In this document: in pieces, positions 23,996 to 37,249 of the stretch
How the letters are laid out: the number at the start of each line of letters is the position of its first letter
How positions within the stretch are numbered: position 1 is the first letter of the stretch
Source of the DNA: Selaginella moellendorffii
Taxonomy: Eukaryota > Plantae > Lycopodiophyta
Assembly (NCBI RefSeq): GCF_000143415.4
Contig: NW_003314318.1
Location: 1,232,710 to 1,296,709, forward strand
DNA: 64,000 nt
Direction: 5' to 3'
Translations under genes and position numbers: made by a program
Notes under the pieces: generated by a model
What the model was told of the DNA's origin: nothing
Databases searched by the model: none
The model's input: only the letters and a program-made list of their open reading frames with translations

Positions 23996-24531
23996 ATTTG
24001 ATCTCTCTCCCTCATATTGCATTTCTGTTTTGCTTGTGCATCCAAGATTTTTGTATCAAAAATCAATTCAATGAATTGACCTGCTCTAATTCCTTCTCTC
24101 TTCATTCCAAGGTGGCGAACTTGGTAAGCAGCTAGTTTTGCAGCAACCTCAGCATCACCATAATTAGAGTATCATCACAATCGGGCAGATCTCGTCAAAA
24201 GGAGCTTGTGGATCTTTGCGTGGTCAGTTTCAACTTCTCGTGACTTCCCTGCTGTAAACTCAGGCTCCCTGGATGCAATCTTGTCTGAGTTGAAGCAAGA
24301 CTCTTCCAGCAAGAAATTAAAGGAAAATATCTCAATCAATCGTACATCTTGTGAAAGGCTACCAGAAAGTACCGCATTTCCTCACAATCGAAGGTCCTTG
24401 CCACGGCAAGATTCCAGGTAGAGATGTGGAGAATCAGTAGAGACACCATTCCTGGTCTTTGAGCGGCGAAAACGGCAGCAATTTGCTCTTCTAAGAGCTG
24501 ACGCTTTGTTCGTGGATTTGACAGGGGAGGT

Positions 24532-24657
24532 ATGGAGTGCGTTTTGGTGAATGGGGTTACAGAGTGGGAGGGAGAAAGGCTGCTTGACGCACGGATTAAC
24601 GCTGCAAAACAGAACTCTTGGAAAAACTGGCCAGCCGAATGTGCTTCCTACGTATAG
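24532..24657 (+). pseudogene. Truncated paralog of the 19674 chromodomain ORF
   Basis: MECVLVNGVTEWEGERLLDARINAAKQNSWKNWPAECASYV* versus MACVLVNGLPEWEVDKVIDSRINACNKREYRVLWRDWPAETASW. Confidence 0.8.
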
Positions 24658-25014
24658 CTCGAGTAGCAGACAGCAAAAGTGAATGTGACAACTAGCTCGA
24701 GCGACAGCGCTTTCGCTCTTCTTTTTTCTTCTTTTTTTCTCATTCTCACTCCCACCACGTCGTTGCAGGTAGCGATAATCTAGTGTCTAAAACCAAATGT
24801 AATGTCTTACTCGGCTAAGCAACCAACATGATCTAGAGAAAAAGATTCGTGCTGAGACTTCGGAGAAAAAGCTTAGAGCAACATGCTCCGGAACTAGAGA
24901 AAAAGCTTCAGACTCGTTCTCAGCAGCTGGAGGAAAGGACCATACTTCCTAGCTACCAGTAAACCACTAGAAAATCTCTACCTCAAAAAATTTACAAACC
25001 TATCGAGCTCAACT

Positions 25015-26182
25015 TTAGAAGCCGCCACGCATGTGTGCTCCAAGATCTCCAAACTGCTCGTCTGCCTCGTCGCTTCCAAAGTTGAGCTTGACCGCATCGA
25101 GCTTGCTGCGGAGGATCTCAATGGCATTCAGGAACATTTGAGCAGCCTTGATCGCTCCGGTGGATTCCACTGTGAAGATGAAGCTGTCCTCCTTGCCATA
25201 GATCTCCACAAGGCCAGGCTTTCCCATGGCTTCCGCTTTCTTGATCACTTCGTCATCATAAGTGTATGCCTCTGGGTCGACCACTTCCACCTATGGAACA
25301 AAGCTTTGAGCTTTAGTTTCTTATCAAACTCTAAGCTCGACTGGCTGACCTGCTGTGTCTCTGGATTGATCTCAAAGACTTTGGTTGGGCTGCTATCGAC
25401 CCATTCTCTTTTCTCCTCCAGGCTCAGCGTCTCCATGAGATTCTCATTGATGTGGATGTCAGGCTCATACTGAAACGTCACGGTTGCCGCTGGCGACCAT
25501 TTGGCATGATCTTTGGCAATGCCTTTCCTGGCAATGGCACGAAGCTTGAGCTCCTGTCCTTTCCGGAGTTTTACAATGAGAATGCCCCTGAGGTGCAAAG
25601 CAGCAAAGTCAGTGAAAAAGCATGAAAAGGAAAGAGAATCGCAACCAACTTTTTCTGGTTGAAGTTTTCGATGTCCGGGTCGTGTCCAATCGAGTCCACT
25701 GGCACAACTTGTGAATCCGAGCTTTGAAGATCATGGCTGGTAACATCCAGCGTTTCCTCGGATGTGCATTTCACGGACAGCGTGAACTCGATCGAGCAGT
25801 AGTCACACCTGCAAATAAAATAAAATGGTTAGAGCCATGTGTGATGCTAGCAAAAAAAAAGGAAGAGAAAGACTTAGTTACATTCTTATTACCTTCCATC
25901 GCCGTCGCATTCGTCGCAGTCCCGCGAGTAGCGCATCTCCATGGCCTTGTCGCTGGTGAGAGGAATCAAACCTAGACGATGCGCGATGAACTCGTCATTG
26001 AGGACCGACGAGTTCGCCTCAATCTCCACCAGGTCGATCGCCAGGGTCGGAACCTCGGCAATGATCACACGGCGCAGCGCATTAGCAATGCTGGCGTCGG
26101 TATCGCGCAGCTCGAACTTGAGGAAATCATCCTTGAGGTCGCGAATCCGGACGGTGGGGAAGCGCTGATACGAAGCCTCCAT
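25015..26182 (-). CDS. NRPB3: DNA-directed RNA polymerase II/IV/V subunit 3 (RPB3)
   Basis: [14 protein letters not shown]...[48 protein letters not shown]; [32 protein letters not shown]; [10 protein letters not shown]. Confidence 0.97.
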
Positions 26183-26659
26183 CAGCGCCCGGAGGAACCC
26201 TAAAAAATGGTCTCCAGGGTTTTAGGTTAGAACGTTTTTTTTTTCTTTTACCGTGCAGTACCAACGAGGCCCACCAATAGCGTGTTAGTCCGCTTTGTTG
26301 CTGCTACCTCTGGCAGACTTGACAGCCTCTCTCGTACCACCATGGCTGTTTCGCGCTAGGTTTAGGTCTCTCCATTCCTCCACTTGCTTTGCTGGATCGA
26401 CGAGCGGCGGAGCGCGGCGCCAAGCGCTACAGCCAGATCTCGCGGCCAACAGGTAGTGTTCTTGACAGATTCCACCGGCGCGGCGGCCGGGATCGAGAAT
26501 GCACTGCCATAGCCCGCGGATTCTCCCGTAATTTTGCCGCGGCGAGCTCCCGCTAGGCTTGGAGTTGGGGTTTCTTCCGTCCTTGTCGGTCGTCGGTGGG
26601 GGATCGATGAGCTTGGGGGCGAGAATTTGAGCTTGGATTGAGGCGAATTGGGCGTGGCC

Positions 26660-29600
26660 ATGGAGAGCGAGCCCGGCGTGACTTTGGGGACGAGCTACTA
26701 CCAGCACCAGTTCTTTCCAGGGGGGGATCTTAGCCTCTCGCCCGACCCGGGCGAGGTGAAATGGGGGCGCTATGTGGAGACTCGGGGGCCTGAGAGGAAT
26801 GACTGGGATGTCAAGGCCTGGAATTGGGACAGCCTGCTCTTCCTGGCACAGCCCTCGTCGGCGGACAAAGCTGGTTCCAACACGCAACTTGACCACCACC
26901 ACCATGCTGCTACTCCTGCCACTGGGCTCAGCTTAAAGCGCGATCAGGAATGGCTGGCCTCGTCGCCAATGAATGCGACCAAGACAATCGTATTGGATGC
27001 ATCATCCACTGACGAGGACGATGCCGAGTGCCTGACGCTCAAGTTGGGTGGTCGTACGTACTCGTCTACGGACGAGTCCGCTAGGAATGGGAAACGGCAG
27101 AGGTCGACGTCTCCTGGTTCTAGCTGCCAGCAGCCACAGCAGCAACAGCAACAATCGCAGCAGCAGCAGTATCCAATGTGTCAAGTTGACGATTGCAAGG
27201 CGGACTTGAGCAATGCGAAGGACTATCACAGGCGTCATAAAGTCTGCGAGATGCATTCCAAGGCCGCGAAGGCTCTCGTGTCACGAAACATGCAGCGGTT
27301 CTGCCAGCAATGTAGCCGGTAAACTTGTTTCTATTGATGGATTTTCGGATTGAAAGTGTTGCCTTTCAGATTCCATCCACTTCAGGAGTTTGATGAAGGG
27401 AAAAGGAGCTGTCGACGGAGACTTGCCGGGCACAACAGGCGGAGGAGGAAGACACAACCTGATACCGCGGCAGCTCAAGCTTTCCTGCTGTCAGAAGACG
27501 ATGTAGCTGGCAAAAGTGCCGGGCTGCTGAAGCTGCTGCAAGTTCTATCACAACTACAAGGTACACAAGATTTTGATGGGAATCTTGATGTTAATCTGTT
27601 AGTTGCCTGCAGCAGCTAGCGCTCTTGAAAAAGCAAACGCTGTCCAGGAGCGTGATCTGGCCCTCGAGTATCTCAGAAGAGCCGTGTCCGTGTCAACTGC
27701 CCTGGGGGACTGTAGCAAGGAAGGCAATGGCTTCGGCCAAAAGCCTGAAGTGAAGTCACCGTACGATGCTCAAGTTCTCTCGGCCCTACCGGGCGTACCT
27801 TTGCTGGATGCGTTCTCCGTCTTGCTCCAGAACAACTTGAAAGCTCAGGCAAAGGAAATACCAGCGCCAGTGGTGTCTCAACCTCTGCAAAACGGAACCG
27901 ACTACTTGCCAAGAGGAAGTCATGCTCCGCCACCACCATCAAGGCCGGCACATTCCGTAATTGAGGTCGATGGTCCGTCAGGACATAAACCTTTTCCTTT
28001 CCAATCGCCCGTGGCTGCTGCTGTCAATAAGGCTGCTGTTGCTCCCGACTCGAGAGACGCAGTCAGGCCATCACTGCTTGGACTTCTGGGAGCACGCGAT
28101 AGACCTCCCAGTCCTGCCGTACCTCCAACATCGTTTATTCAGGCTGGACATTCTCAACAGTCAAGTGAATCCCAATCGGGCTCCGAGCAATCGCCTGATA
28201 GTTCCTACGCTGATTGGCAGGTAACGAAGAGTTTATTTCTTGGAAGGATTTTAACGCGACTTCTTACAGGAGCGAACGGGAAGGATATCTTTTAAGCTGT
28301 TTGACAGGAATCCTGGTGATTTTCCGCAGCTCTTACGAGCACAGGTAAGGAGACAGGCTATTGATTCTAATCCAGTTTTCGCTTTGGCTAGATTCTTGAA
28401 TGGCTCTCACATGTTCCCTCCGACATGGAAAGCTACATTCGACCTGGCTGCGTTGTACTGGCTATCTTTTTATCTATGCCAAATTCTGCATGGCAAAAGG
28501 TGTGCTGTCTTTGTTTTTTGGATCTTATTTCTATTGTCATTTTGTGCTCAACTCAGCTCTGCAATGACCTACTTGGGAATCTTAAGCGGCTAATTGATTC
28601 GTCTCCTACCGACTTTTGGAACAAAGGCCGGATACTTGTGCAAGTTTGCGATCAATCTGCATATGTAGTCGATGGTATGCGTTCTGCTTTTGTGTCTTCT
28701 TAACCTGTTCTTTATATTTTACGTAGGGAAGGTGCAAGCTGTCAGCCTAAAATCAAGAGATTTTCCCGAAATTTTGGCTGTTAGACCTCTTGCAGCTGTA
28801 AGAAACGAGGAAACAAGATTTTTGGTGCACGGTGTTGACCTCGCTGGTGCAGATACGAGGTAAAAGATCATACGTCTTTTGGGATGTTAACAGAGTATTT
28901 TCTGTTGTAGAATTTACTGTGCGTTCCATGATGAATATAATCTTCAATCATGGAGCGAAATTGACGCAAACGAAGAGGATGCTGAAGGCAGTTTGTGTTT
29001 CACACACACTCCGTGCGAGTCTATCGGCCGGTGCTTCATTGAGGTACAAACGTATGACAAATGGTAATCCATCGTTTGACATGATGGGCTTTCCAGGTGG
29101 AGCGCAATGGCGGCAGCAGCTTTGCACCCGTTTTGGTTGCAGACAATGCAATTTGTGACGAAGTGCGAAGCTTGGAAGAGGATATAGAGATTGCTTCGTC
29201 AAGAGCAGCGGCCATGGCAGACAGTTGTGCGTTCCCAGAGGAGTACTCTGTGGCTTTCGTTGATCTGGTGGAGCTGGCTGTAGAACACGAGACGTCCAGG
29301 TTCTTGCATGAACTGGGATGGGTGTTCCAGAAGCAACACTGGCAGTTGATGAAGAAACAAGATCATTGCGATCTCCGCAGCTCAACGATGAAGCGGCTGC
29401 TGATGTTCGCGGTGGAGCGCGAGTGGTGTGCAGTGGTGAAGGCACTCCTGGACACGCTCTACAGCTTCAAGAGCACCGGGAAGGTGGAGGACGTTGCGGA
29501 CGTATTAGAAAGTGTCAACCTTCTCCACAGGGCAACAAGCCGGAACAGCATCACTATGGTAGAGTTCCTCTTGACGTATCAAAGCCCGGTGGCTAAGAGA

Positions 29601-30230
29601 AAAGAGAGCTACGTATTCTCGGCCGCTACGGCTGGGCCTGCGGGACTGACGGCTTTGCACGTCGCAGCGTGCATGATAGGAGCGGATCGAGTCGTTTCCG
29701 CCTTGACGAGTGACGCTTCACAGGTAACTTGGTCTTCTTTTTCTTTCCATGACTTTGTGTTTTTCGTTCCTTAGGTTGGCTTGCAAGCTTGGAACTCCGC
29801 TCGAGACATTAACGGCCAGTCTCCATTCGACTGTGCACTGTCTCACGGGAACTTCACGTACATTCAGCTGGTATGGAGCAAGATCGCGGCGTCCAGAGGC
29901 AAGTCTATTCCATCTCAAGCCACTAACTGGATCCAAAACGCGTTGAGCATCGAGCTGCCGCCATGGCCGTCGTCGTCGACTCAAACTCCAGGAGGATCCA
30001 AGATGCTGCTTCCAGCTTCTTGCGGGAGCGAATGCGTAGCAGCAGCTGGGCAGCATCCTGTCCGGCAAAACTTTGCGGGCATTCGGGGTCCCATGTACAG
30101 GCCCTTCATCCTGTCCATGGTGGCGATAGCGGCGGTGTGCGTGTGCGTGTGCCTGCTGCTCAAGAGCCCCGTGGAAGTGCGCTTCATCTCGCCTTTCACA
30201 TGGGAGTCCGTCCAGTTTGGCCCCAAATAA
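26660..30230 (+). CDS. SPL: SQUAMOSA promoter-binding-like TF, SPL1/12/14/16 class (SBP, ankyrin and C-terminal TM)
   Basis: [29 protein letters not shown]...[10 protein letters not shown]|[27 protein letters not shown]; [11 protein letters not shown]; [12 protein letters not shown]; [12 protein letters not shown]; [21 protein letters not shown]. Confidence 0.95.
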
Positions 30231-30771
30231 TAATGTGGTTGTTTGTAATATAAACATCTAAATCCAATCTAAAATAAATCAACAGTTTAGCCTATACAAT
30301 TTACCCAACCGGGCAGTTTGAGATATATAGGTTTGTTGTAAGAAGCATGGGATTCACCTCATTCACTCTTGTCCTTAGTACCATCTATAGTATAAATATA
30401 AATTAAAGTCCCATTTGTATTGTATCTGGAAGTAAGAGGCATGACTGTGGTGTTCTGAAGTTTAATTCAATAGGATGCAACAAAATTCACAGTGAGCCAT
30501 TTTATACTTGTTGTAGACCATTTAAGTTGATAAGTAGTGTATGAAGCAATGTAGATAGATTATAAAATTCAGCAGATTATCAACACAAAAAGCTATTATT
30601 TGCTAAGAGCTCTTTAAAAAGGACCTGGATGCCAACTAGATGCTACTAAACTAATTGTGCTAATTTAATTGTAGCTATAACTTCTAGATGATAATGAATT
30701 TTAGCTAAAACTTTAAAGAAACATCTAAATGAGTAAATTGAATATTGAAAAAATGTTTAACCCAACTATAG

Positions 30772-33343
30772 TGTCATAATAATCAGACTTGAGATCTCTT
30801 TAAAACCAAATGTAAAATTTTGAATTTAGACTTCCCATGAAAATCATGTAGCCAAAGATTAGATATGCTTAACCTCAAATATTTTAATATACTTAATGAA
30901 TTGGAAAAAGAGTGCACTTTTATTCATATGTCTTTTTCCTTTATATTTAAACCCCAATAGGAAATTAAGTTTTGTTTTTCAAGTTGGTCGCTTACAATTT
31001 AATATCTTAGCTAGTAGGTGAAAAATGTGTAAAGGAGTCTTCTAAAAGACACCATGAATGTTTGGTACTAAAACCATTGGCAAAAATATTACTATTGATG
31101 CTAAAGAAGAAAAAGATTCCTGAAAATGACAAGTTAATAGACAAGAGAATACATCTCCTCTAAAAGAAAGTTGGCTGAAAGAAAGACTTTTCCACCTCAC
31201 CATATGCCAATTTAGATGCTAAAAATCTTCCTCAAACCTGATATAAAAGTCTTTGCTAAGAATTGAAAACAAGGTTGGCCTAGTAAACATGAACTCCTTG
31301 ACATCAAACATTTATAGAATTTCAATTGTAACTTGTGATTGGTTGACCTTCACTAAGTTTTGAAAAATTGAGTCAACATAGGAGGAGTATTCCAAAAACC
31401 TTGTCCAGTCAGATTGTTGATGATTGCCATGATACTTAGCTTCAACTGAGACCTAAAACCTTAAAAAATGGATTTTCTAGTATTGTGATTTGAAGAGTTC
31501 TTAGAAAAAGGATTATTGAAAAAGGTGGTAAACATAAATGTGGTAAGAGGGGAATGGGATGGGATACATTAAGATGGAAATTTTTTGTGAAAGATGATTG
31601 GAGTGGAAAAATGGTCTCAGAGTAAAAAATGGTGGCACGTTAGGGTGGCATTGATATGTTAAAGATGATCATTTCGATGGTAAATCTAAAGCAAATAAGA
31701 GGTTGTCAATAGTCATTATACTTCTTTGCCTCAACTCTTAACTGGATTATAAGAAAAGATTAAATTGCATCTCTCACATAAAAACAAGTAAAAGATAGTC
31801 AAAAGTTCTAGAATTAATTAAATCTAGGATTCATGCAACCAAAAAGCCTGATCTAATAATCGTTGGAATTAAAAAAAAAAAAAAGATCTAAAAAATACAA
31901 GATCAAAGATTAAAGAGGAAATACTTAACTTGAAATTACCATGGATCTTTTGATTTGTACTATACTCCATATAATGCCTCACATGAAAAGTGAGATATTC
32001 TACCATGGTTGGATCAATTGTAAGGGATTTTGCAACCTTGTTGCACATTCAAGATTCCATCGGAAACACATTGGAAAATGTGTATTTCAATAATTAATCT
32101 GCTCTAGACATATGGAATAATCTCTGAATATATCCAGGAATATACATAGACTCACCAAGTGAAGTGTAGGCTGGACATATGTTGACAATATGCTCTACAT
32201 ACTACTTAGAGGCACATTTCTTGTGGTAGAGGGGGTATCAGCTCTTGGTTGTTCTATAACTTGTGATGGTGTTAGCATAGATTTCAGTCTTTGGTTTTAG
32301 TTTTGTACCACCTCTGAAGTGTGTTATGACCAAAACTTGGGTTGCTAGACCAATTCTATCATCAATACAAGATATGTAGTTGGCTATTTCTAGAGACTCC
32401 TCAAAGGTTCTAGCAATCGACCAAATAATAGTTTTTCTCCCACCATCCATTCATCCACTCACATTCTCAAGCAACAGATTCTCTCTTTCTCTCCTCTCTT
32501 CCACTTGAACTTTGAGTTGATTTTGGGATATAAAAGTATTTACCATTATACAAATTCTGAGGCTGGGATCTAGGTTTAAGACTCTCTTCCTTAGCATACT
32601 TATTTTCTTTAACTCTTTTATCTCTTTTGTTCTTCATTTTCTTGGTTCTAAATTTTGATTTAACCCTACAATTTTCCCCTTATTAGTTTTTTCAGCATGT
32701 TTTAAAACTTTATACTTCATTCTTATATCTCTTTCCATTTTCCATTTCTCTCTATCATCTCAATTTTCATCATCCATTATTTATATGCAAGATCTAGCCA
32801 TTCTTTTCGAACTTGTACGCCATGGGTTCAAGCTGCACCAAAGGGTAGGTGATCTTTCAATGGTTGTTTGTTGGAGGGGCTGGGTATTTTTTGAGCTTAG
32901 CTCACAAGCTGAGCTCAAGATAATAGATGTCACTATAGTTCACTAGATGTTCAAATGATTGGTTTGGGATAAACTAACAGTTCCATTCAAAATTTAAGAC
33001 ATATCTTCAATCCAAGAAGAAATTAAATAATATAAATCCAATAAGAAACTAAATATCATAAGTCAAAGAAGAAATTGTATAATACCACTATAAAATTTGA
33101 GTAGGAAAAGAGAACTAAATTTAATCTTCCTCATAATCCACATCCAAATAAAGAGGAATTTGTAAGCTCTTGAATTTAGACTTCCTAGCTTAATACTATT
33201 AAACCTATGGACACTTAACCCTAACTATCCCAAAACCCTCAATTGATTGGAGAAAAGGGTGCACTTTTGTTCATAAGCTTTTTCCCTTTGTATTTGAACC
33301 ACCCCATAGATCATCTCTTATGTCGTTTTCTTTGATTACTTAC
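30772..33343 (+). mobile_element. Possible degenerate non-autonomous LTR element with short (about 230-270 bp) LTRs
   Basis: Diverged direct repeats 30772-30996 and 33077-33343 (tgaatttagacttcc...gtgcactttt.ttcata...cttaca) with TG...CA ends, a PBS-like decay after the first and a purine run before the second. No TSD found. Confidence 0.5.
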
Positions 33344-33535
33344 AAAGTTTTTATAACATAATACTCTCTCACTGTGGGCTCTTGTTGTATATGAGTGCAA
33401 TTGCTTCTACATAGCATGGCAAGTTATAGCGCATATCATCAATCCACTTAATATACACACATGTTTTACCTTTATTGTAAAGGCACTTTTGGATAGATGC
33501 CTTAAAACAAGGAGGAGATTCATATTGAATAAGTG

Positions 33536-34521
33536 TGTTGCAAATATGACTATAAGTATTGAAAGTTATCTGTCAGTTAGTCTTTTCAGATATTTTTTCC
33601 TTATTGCCACGACGGTAGGAGGTTGGTATTGTTAGACCCTTTATTAGTCCCTTTTGTTCAAGTGTTAGTAAACTTGACTTAACACCTCTACTTAACCAGA
33701 CAAGCATAAAGAAGGAATTCCTAAGTGTCTATTTAGCCAAACATATTTGGCCTAACTTATTAGTTCTCTTTTGCTTTGTCCTACACTAGCTTGATAAAAA
33801 CCTTTAGGATGTTGAGATTGGTCTTTCAATATTTGCTAGATGATAGCTTATTATGTTTGCTAAACACCCTTGCTATCATACCCTTTATGTTATTTCTGTT
33901 TAGTCCTAATTATTATTTATGAAAAGTGTCCAGATTTGCTAATTTGGCATATCTAAGGAATGTAAAGGTTTTCTTGAACACAATATATGGGGGGTTCCAA
34001 ATATATAATAGGGATAGTGGGTAGGCTAGGCATAGCCAACCAATTTGAGGCATAGTCTAGCTTTTGTTTGCGTGTCTATCCTTGTTTTGCGTCTGGCTTG
34101 GTCTAATCCTAAATTCCATACTATACTAGCTGGTGGAATACCTATATCTTTGCGTAGGCCACTAGTATGTTGAAATAACGCTAGACTTTATTTGGCTCCA
34201 TTTTACATACTAATCCTAGCATTCGGATATTAGATGCTTTAAGACTATTCTTACATCACTTCATATTCCTATTCCTTTGCTCTTCAGGTTAAACGCTCAA
34301 GCGTCACTTCATGCTCTGGTTCTTTCACTCCTTGGCTGCAAGTTTGGGAGTTTGGCTTCATACTTTCATTTAGTGGTCCAAGGCCCTAAAATTTGGACAC
34401 ATGGCATGTGGCATGTGGCATGTGGCATATGACATATGGCACATAGTGGTTTAGGTTCCGCTTTGTGGTTATCCTATGATAAATCACCATAGGATAAAAG
34501 GTGAAAACCATATGTGCTACA
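33536..34521 (+). mobile_element. Older LTR copy (same family as 50211-51364)
   Basis: TGTTGCAAAT...GTGCTACA, colinear with the 50211 copy; no matching TSD. Confidence 0.8.
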
Positions 34522-36099
34522 AATGTCCTATTGAGCAGATCGAAGAGAAATAAATTAAGAATCCAATTGAAAACCCTTTGCCCCATCTTATCTTATTGTA
34601 GTTGCTCTTGGCCTGGATCCAATTATTGCTGCTTATCCAGTCCTAACTACATAAAATGTACGAGGGCAACTTTATAGTGAGGGTGTCCAAGAGAGTAAAA
34701 ACTTAATTTCCAATGAACTTGTTTATTGTAATTCAAATGTAGAAGTTGGAGAAACCAACCAACACTCTATATACTAATATATAAATGCATTCTTTCCATC
34801 CTTCCCCATTGTTATAAAGGATGAACTCCAAGAGCTGTCTTTGTCAACTTCACATAAATAGATATGAAAAAAGAAACATGCATTATCAAATATTTTTCAG
34901 TTTTCAAGTTTGCCCTCTTTTGCCAATAGGAAGTGTTGGCAATGTCTAATGGGGCTTTTCATATTTATCATCTTAAAAACCATAGAGGTTCAGTTTCAAC
35001 ATGCTCGAAGCCGGAAAAGAGCATATGGGGCGGGTGGTGACGAAGGGGAGATCCCTGGAACTAAAGTTTGGTTCTGTGTAGATCAGATCAAGGAACTAGA
35101 TTTCAGTTTTGTGCAGCCCAAATCCATGCCACTCACTCCACAAACACATGCTCCCTATCCATAGCGGTGGTGAACTTTGCGCCTTATCCATGGTCCCTAG
35201 ATCTCTCCCATATGATTGCATCTACCAATATGAAGGACTTGAGTTGATCGTGAGATCAATGGAGGTACATTGCCCTTGCTTGATCTCTATCTGTATGGTG
35301 CCTACAGTTTCCCAAAGATATAAAAAGCCCCTAGAAATGTACTGTCCTAGATCCCACAGTGCAGTGAATTGAGGAGGAATGTGCAATCTTCGGTAATGGT
35401 GATGCTATTGCTTCCTGGAAGCCCTCTCCTCGCTGCTGTGTGACTAATCCCCTCAAGTGTTGGCAATATGGAAATAGTTATTGGGGACTACTTTTAGCTT
35501 TGCAATGATGTAAGTTAGAAGTCTTTTATATTCCATAGATGGATGCAAGTTAGGAATTAGGTTCTTCACCATTACCTTTAACATTGACTTTATATTCTTA
35601 AACTTATTTGATAGGTTGCCACCTCTATAACACACTCCATTTTAGTGTAAGCAATTAAATTTTTCATTTTACTTTAGTCACTTAACCACACTTCTGACCA
35701 CTTAGAGAAGTCTCATTCACAACCTCCATAAGTCTTATTCCGGACTTGAGGACTTATTAACCCCAAGAATAGCATCCATACCACTCAACCATTGCATTTG
35801 GTCCAAATGCTCCATGTGTCTGATCTCATGACTGACACCCAAAGGTACCACTGACAAATTAGCCTATTACACTAAGGCCATGCCTATTCACTTTTGTCAA
35901 AGACCAAGCCATCCGTCCATGAGTGATCATCCTAAATCCACTTCTTAGCATCCTCAAGATGCCCGTAGACATGGGGAACAACCTTCCCCAATGTCCCTTT
36001 TTTTGGTCCCCACCAAATCCCTTTCCATCCACGGCCGTGTTCATTAATATTGCCATTGGGTCAAGGCCTACAAGCCTAACCACTATGCCCCACTAGCCT

Positions 36100-36770
36100 C
36101 TGGGACTTCCTTGACACATGACTGCATCTTTGGTCCCCACACAAGAGGACTACTCCTCCTCCTTTCCTTAGTCTGGGACTCTAGAACAACATTTTGAAAC
36201 ACCACGGCCTAAGTGAGCCTTGTGGGTACTCTCCCCACCATCCGTCTTTGGGTGCCCTAGCTAGATGGATGGCTGTAGTGAGGTTTTGATGAGCCACGCT
36301 AGATATCCAAGTAGGTAGTGCCACCCATACTTGGATTGGGAGCATTAACCATTTGATCTCTTAGGGGAGCTAGAGCCGGCTCTTGAACACTTCACCAAGC
36401 TACCCTACTTGTCTATCTATATTCACTCTAACCTTAGACTTCCTAGTGGTTATATCATCGCCCAATACATGGGTATAACCTTCTTGCACCACCTTGGCAT
36501 TTCCTAGCCAAACTAGTTCCACTGGAGTCCAATCCCCACACTCTCCCTACTATACTTTTGGAACCCTCTACACCCCCCCCCCGAAGGACGATCGCTTTGG
36601 GCTTTCACCCAACAGTCTGTATTAGTATTTGGACTCGGACTCAGACTTGGATTTGGACTTGGACTCAAACTCAGTCTCGAACTCAAACTCAGTCTTAGTC
36701 TCGAACTAGGACTCGATCTCAGTCTTGGTCTCAAACTAGAACTCGGTCTCGGTCTCGGTCTCGGTCTCGA

Positions 36771-36804
<34 letters not shown>

Positions 36805-37150
36805 AGTCTTGGTCTCGTCTTGGATTCCATCTTAAATCCATCTCGAACTCCATCTCAGGTCCATCTTAGATTTATCTCGGACTCCATCTTGGATCCCTCT
36901 CGGACTTCATCTCGGTCCATCTTGGACTCCATCTTGGATTTCATCTCGAACTCTTTCTCGAGTCCATCTCGGACTCCATCTTAGGTCCACCTTGGGTCCA
37001 TCTCAGACTTCATCTTGGGTCCACCTCGGGTCCATCTCGGACTCCATCTTGGACTCCATCTCAAGTGCATCTCAGTCCATCTCGGACTCCATCTCAAGTC
37101 CATTTTGGACTTCTCCATGTATTATCTGTTGGTCCTCTAGTGTCCCTTTT
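36100..37150 (-). repeat. Dispersed repeat family B with (GGTCTC)n and GGACTCCATCTC-like arrays
   Basis: Inverted homolog of 61905-62665; hexamer array about 36630-36820 and about 12-mer array 36820-37110. Confidence 0.8.
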
Positions 37151-37249
37151 CTAGAGACTAGTGTGGCTAAATCCAAAAGGATTACTTTTCTTTATTTCTC
37201 ATATCTTAAATTAATTACTTCTTTGTTTTCATTGTAGGTTTTAGTATGG

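Noticed and set aside
26660-30230. miR156 target site in SPL
   Set aside because: No GTGCTCTCTCTCTTCTGTCA-like site seen; this SPL class normally lacks it.
36513-36830. RPRPRP-rich ORF resembling an SR protein (also 54331-54531 and 62046-62381)
   Set aside because: Translation of hexamer repeats inside a dispersed repeat family.
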